From Oscillospiraceae bacterium (GTDB taxonomy: Bacteria > Bacillota > Clostridia > Oscillospirales > SIG530), in NCBI GenBank assembly GCA_015067075.1, contig SVND01000004.1, forward strand, positions 2 to 64,001: 64,000 nucleotides of DNA, written 5' to 3'. The position numbers and the translations under genes are program-made. Under the pieces are notes generated by a model. The model had not been told where the DNA came from and searched no databases. It saw nothing but the letters and a program-made list of their open reading frames with translations. Positions 60,310 to 64,000 of this stretch are shown here, piece after piece (position 1 is the first letter of the stretch; each line of letters starts with the position of its first letter).

Positions 60310-61026
60310 TTATTTTTCCTTATGAATAAGGATCAGCGGAGTTTGCTGATTTGCCTGACCTGCAGGGTTATCCTTAATAAGCGCACAGTAAAAATCCTTA
60401 CTCTCTGCAAGGTCATCGCTTTTACCCAATATATCGACCGTAAGGTCGTTTGCATCAACTATCATGCAGGAAATGCCAAGCGCCGAGTGTATCTCGCGGC
60501 ATACTCTGTCAGGCTCATTCGGTATAAGAATGCCCATTTCGAGATAATCATCGAAAGCATCGTCGCAAAATCCGTCAAGCCCGATGACCTCCTCGCCAAC
60601 TATTTTATAAAATATACCTTTTTTCTTAAACACCTTGCCGATACCTGCGGCGATAGCGGCGTAAAGCACCTTGAATCTGCCGCAAAGGTCAATGGCTATC
60701 TGCATTTTATAAGGGTTGCCAACGGCCTCCCCCGCGGGAGTGACGTTGACAAATCTGCAAAGGAATTTCGCCATTGCAGACAGCTTTATATCCTTTTTAT
60801 AAATAACTCTGCCCTGACACAAAGCGATTATCTTTTCGCTTATAGAAAGAATATCACCTTCTCTGTAAATATCCTTCACATATTTTTCAACGATATCAAG
60901 ATAATTTTCGCCCACCGTAACGTAATGAGTCTTTATGGCGTGACGCAGATATTTTTCTCCGTTCACTACTATCTCCAATGCTTTTTTTTCGTTTGCCGAA
61001 TATTCCATAGCAATTGCCTTTCTCAT
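60310..61026 (-). CDS. CofE-like (F420-0:gamma-glutamyl ligase fold) protein
   Basis: Start placed at ATG 61026, in an ATGA overlap with the upstream gene. Motifs GDILSISEKIIALCQGR and MIVDANDL. Confidence 0.6.
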   Translation of the reverse strand: MRKAIAMEYSANEKKALEIVVNGEKYLRHAIKTHYVTVGENYLDIVEKYVKDIYREGDILSISEKIIALCQGRVIYKKDIKLSAMAKFLCRFVNVTPAGEAVGNPYKMQIAIDLCGRFKVLYAAIAAGIGKVFKKKGIFYKIVGEEVIGLDGFCDDAFDDYLEMGILIPNEPDRVCREIHSALGISCMIVDANDLTVDILGKSDDLAESKDFYCALIKDNPAGQANQQTPLILIHKEK

Positions 61027-62069
61027 GTATATATATGTATACAATCATGCTCTATATTATATGTATTAAAATAATTATTTTCAAGCGGTATCCATTCGTC
61101 GCGAAATCTTTTCCAAAGCTTTTCTCCGCTCCTCTTTTTTATGCGCCTTTCCTGCGTCATGGGCGAGGTTTCCATAAAAAGCTTTACGTCGTAGACATCC
61201 CCAAAGACAGGGTGCATACTGTATACGCCCTCCAAAAGCGTAAGCCGTTTTTTCTCCTGTGCTTCATATTCTCCAAGCTTTTGTGTTTGGCAATCAAATT
61301 TCGCCGTTTCGTATTCAAAGGGCGCATTCAGCTTATCAATTATTTCCGTCTTTATGCGCTCGTAGTCAACGTTGCCGCCCGCCTGCGCCAAGCGCGCCTT
61401 CGTTTTTCTCTCCGACGGCAAAAAGTAATCGTCGGTATGAAAAATATTGCAATCGTATATTTGACAAAGCACTTGCGCAAAGCTACTTTTACCGCTGGCG
61501 CTCATTCCGTCTATAGCCATGGCGAAAAACATTTTCCGCGTTCTGTACATAGCTTCAACGGCGCAAAACACCTCAAAAAACTCCGCAAAGACCTCACTTA
61601 CCACTCTATAATGGGGTTCGTAGCTTTTTCTATAGCCCTCGCTATGCGCCACCGGCAAGCTCTGCGTCAGCTTTGCAAGCTCATTTTCATCAATTTCAGC
61701 ATCTATATCGCCGTTTTTGCACATACTCAAAAGCACATTGAGCTTTATTTTAAAACCGAGCTCTGTGCCCCGTGCTTTTTCCGCCGTATACATCATCATT
61801 TTAACTATAGTCGGTGCAGAAATACATCTTACTGCGGCGCTTTTTAAATTCATTCTGCAATGACCGCCGCCGATATACTCAAAGGGCTTTTCCTTTTCGT
61901 TCGCTTCGCACGAGGCAAGCTCATTTTCAAGCTGACGGAGCATTTTTTCCTCGTCATTTACCATGTGCTTACAGCCAAACTCGCTTTGGTACAAAAGCTT
62001 TACAAAATCAGCCGTTTCCATTTTCGGATACGCCGTATATGCAGTTTTTATTGCGCTTTTCACCGTCAT
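61023..62069 (-). CDS. two-domain protein: unknown N-terminal domain plus a uridine-kinase-like P-loop domain
   Basis: Start placed at ATG 62069, in an ATGA overlap with the WG-repeat gene. Walker A IDGMSASGKSS followed by HTDDYF. Confidence 0.6.
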   Translation of the reverse strand: MTVKSAIKTAYTAYPKMETADFVKLLYQSEFGCKHMVNDEEKMLRQLENELASCEANEKEKPFEYIGGGHCRMNLKSAAVRCISAPTIVKMMMYTAEKARGTELGFKIKLNVLLSMCKNGDIDAEIDENELAKLTQSLPVAHSEGYRKSYEPHYRVVSEVFAEFFEVFCAVEAMYRTRKMFFAMAIDGMSASGKSSFAQVLCQIYDCNIFHTDDYFLPSERKTKARLAQAGGNVDYERIKTEIIDKLNAPFEYETAKFDCQTQKLGEYEAQEKKRLTLLEGVYSMHPVFGDVYDVKLFMETSPMTQERRIKKRSGEKLWKRFRDEWIPLENNYFNTYNIEHDCIHIYT

Positions 62070-63481
62070 GGTCTTATTATCTCCAAAAAATCCTCGCTGA
62101 GCTGTTTGCCCTTTTTGTTTATCACGTAATAATCGCCGTTTTCGCACACCACAGCCTTGCCGTCCACGAAGGGCTCGGCGTGGGTGTATCTTGCCGTAAT
62201 AACAGGCTCACCTTTGTCATTGCAATAGCCGTAAAGTCCGTTTTGCTTGTAAATATATTTTATTTCGCCGCCGTCGCAAAGCAGCTCAAACTGCGGCGGA
62301 ATAATATATGCGCCCGCGTTATCCATAACGCCGTACTTTCCGTCGGCGCACACAGTCGCGCGCTTATTTTCAAAGGGTGTTGCATCGCCGTACATTGCAT
62401 CTATAACGGCGTTACCGTTTATATCGGTATAGCCTAAGCGTCCGCCATCCTCAAAAAGAGCAAGTCCGTCGTGGAAAATAAGCTCACGCTCAGATGCGAC
62501 GTTGCCTATCTGCGCGCCGATACCGTCAACCAAAAGCCACATTTCGCCGTCATATACGCAGTAAACGCCTTCTGCTACAGCGCGCGCACTGTAAAACACG
62601 GTGGCAGGTAAAAGCAGCTTGCCGCTTTTGTCGCAAAGCCCTGCCTTGTCGGAATTGTAGATGCAAAGCACGGACGGGTCATAATTTCCCTCGCCGTCAC
62701 TGTACGGCTCAATACCCGTATATTGCGGTGTTATCACCGTTTCGCCTTTGTCGTTTATAACGCCGACACTTCCGCCCAGCGTTACTGCTGCAAGCTCATT
62801 TTCCCAAAAATCAGATACGTCATCGTATTTGCACTCAATGACCGTCTTCCCTTTTTTATCAATAAAGCCCCATTTTCCGCCCAGCTTCACTGCCGCAAGC
62901 CCGTTTTTTGCAAAGGCACGGGCATTTTCAAAGCTGTGATCTGTCAGGGACTTGCCGTCAGTCTTGATAAATCTGTATTTACCGTCAGCCGACGTGACGG
63001 CAAAGCCGTCGGAAAAATCGGATGCCGTATCAAACTGAGGCGATATGGCATATGCGCCCCTCTTATTTATATAGCCCCATTTACTGCCCAAGCGCACAGG
63101 CGCAAGTCCCTCCGAAAAGTATCCCGTCTCGTGATACTGCGCGGCAATCAGCACCTCACCCTTGGTGGTTATCCATCCGTATCTGCCGTCAGCGCAAACC
63201 GAAACAGCGCCCTCCGACTCCTCTCCTATCTGCGAATATCGGGCATCGCACAGCTTTTTACCGTCGTCGGCAAGCAAGCCGTAAAGTCCGTTTTCCTTGT
63301 AGATAAGATAGGGCTTCGGTTTTGCCGCATTTATGGCAACGGCAAGCATTATCACAACCGCGATGAAAAGCAGCGCGGAAACAACTATTATCTGTTTGCG
63401 GCGCTTTTTCTGCTGAGCTTTACGGCGATTGAGCTTTATCTTAAGTTCTATTTCCTTCGGGGACCTTTCATATGCATCCAT
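62066..63481 (-). CDS. WG-repeat (KWG) protein with an N-terminal TM anchor
   Basis: 471 aa. TM IIVVSALLFIAVVIMLAVAI. At least 8 repeats of the type GKWGFIDKKGKTVI or SKWGYINKRGAYAI. Confidence 0.85.
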   Translation of the reverse strand: MDAYERSPKEIELKIKLNRRKAQQKKRRKQIIVVSALLFIAVVIMLAVAINAAKPKPYLIYKENGLYGLLADDGKKLCDARYSQIGEESEGAVSVCADGRYGWITTKGEVLIAAQYHETGYFSEGLAPVRLGSKWGYINKRGAYAISPQFDTASDFSDGFAVTSADGKYRFIKTDGKSLTDHSFENARAFAKNGLAAVKLGGKWGFIDKKGKTVIECKYDDVSDFWENELAAVTLGGSVGVINDKGETVITPQYTGIEPYSDGEGNYDPSVLCIYNSDKAGLCDKSGKLLLPATVFYSARAVAEGVYCVYDGEMWLLVDGIGAQIGNVASERELIFHDGLALFEDGGRLGYTDINGNAVIDAMYGDATPFENKRATVCADGKYGVMDNAGAYIIPPQFELLCDGGEIKYIYKQNGLYGYCNDKGEPVITARYTHAEPFVDGKAVVCENGDYYVINKKGKQLSEDFLEIIRP

Positions 63482-63502
63482 TTTAATGTCCTCTCGGGAC
63501 GC

Positions 63503-63994
63503 CTATTTATGTCTGCGTCCCAGCACCGTTGAGCCCTCATACTTGAACTTCTTTTCAGGCTCTATCTGTATATTGAATCCGTTATTCTTCGCAATATACC
63601 ATGCCGCCACAGCAAAAACTGCGGTTGCAACGGTAACTGCGATATCTATCCACCAATTGAACATCTGTGTCGTCGTCGTGCTTTTGAACACAAGAGGTAT
63701 CTTGCAAGCCGCTTCAAGCACCAGCGCAACAGCCGCAAAATATATCTTTTTGTTAAAAACTGCGACGAATATGATTATCGCCATGGAAACTGCGCCGACA
63801 GTCAAAAGCACCGCATTTAAAAGCGGATACAAAAACTGAACGGGCTCTGCGCTCGAAAAAGCATCTATTATTGCTTTTGCATTTTCCCGCGCCGCCGCAA
63901 TACTCTGCTCCGTAGCACCTGCCGCCTGCGCCGCTGTCTGTCCCGAAAGCTCAACGTAAGCGTCTGCGCCGATAGTATTTATATTATGGCACAC
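63503..63994 (-). CDS. hypothetical membrane protein (the 5' end may lie beyond the window)
   Basis: 163 aa in the window. Three hydrophobic segments. No motif recognised. Confidence 0.45.
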   Translation of the reverse strand: MCHNINTIGADAYVELSGQTAAQAAGATEQSIAAARENAKAIIDAFSSAEPVQFLYPLLNAVLLTVGAVSMAIIIFVAVFNKKIYFAAVALVLEAACKIPLVFKSTTTTQMFNWWIDIAVTVATAVFAVAAWYIAKNNGFNIQIEPEKKFKYEGSTVLGRRHK

Positions 63995-64000
63995 GGCAAA

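Noticed and set aside
60322-63532. Plus-strand ORFs of 250, 277, 207 and 269 aa (60322-61074, 61014-61847, 61814-62437, 62723-63532).
   Set aside because: All lie antisense to well-supported, translationally coupled minus-strand genes. Their compositions are typical of reverse-frame translation (R/F/C/L-rich).

Overview
This is a 64-kb chromosomal segment whose gene content looks like Clostridia (MutS2, Obg, FtsK/SpoIIIE, mini-RNase III, DUF1292, NifS/NifU, DnaC-like loader). My spot counts of 60-nt lines give a backbone of about 55-57% G+C. I call about 60 protein genes, mostly on the minus strand and often coupled through ATGA overlaps, plus 2 tRNAs (Pro-CGG, Ala-GGC). I found no rRNA, CRISPR array, transposase or integrase. 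Housekeeping blocks: pyrimidine/arginine synthesis (pyrB, pyrE, carA, carB), cell envelope (uppP, MurF-like ligase, galU, MGDG-synthase-type glycosyltransferase, VanY-like peptidase, MBOAT), Fe-S assembly (nifS/nifU, Mrp/ApbC, DUF362), type III glutamine synthetase, tgt, and sugar metabolism (GH130, phosphohexomutase, a GH lipoprotein). Best candidates for a second look: (1) a low-GC, one-gene islet next to tRNA-Ala, bracketed by imperfect direct repeats, encoding a membrane-anchored protein with a C-terminal HNH nuclease. (2) A low-GC gene with a TIR domain, one TM helix and a large beta-rich C-terminal region, i.e. an inverted Toll-like-receptor layout. It sits next to a frameshifted VanY-type peptidase. 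(3) An unusual carbamoyl-phosphate synthetase locus: all three CarA catalytic-triad residues are substituted, and CarB is fused in frame to a complete DapF. (4) PyrB carrying a PyrI-like zinc-domain tail. (5) A MurF-type ligase whose N-terminal domain is replaced by a polytopic membrane domain. (6) Two hairpin-dense non-coding stretches. All family assignments come from motif recognition by eye; no database search was run.
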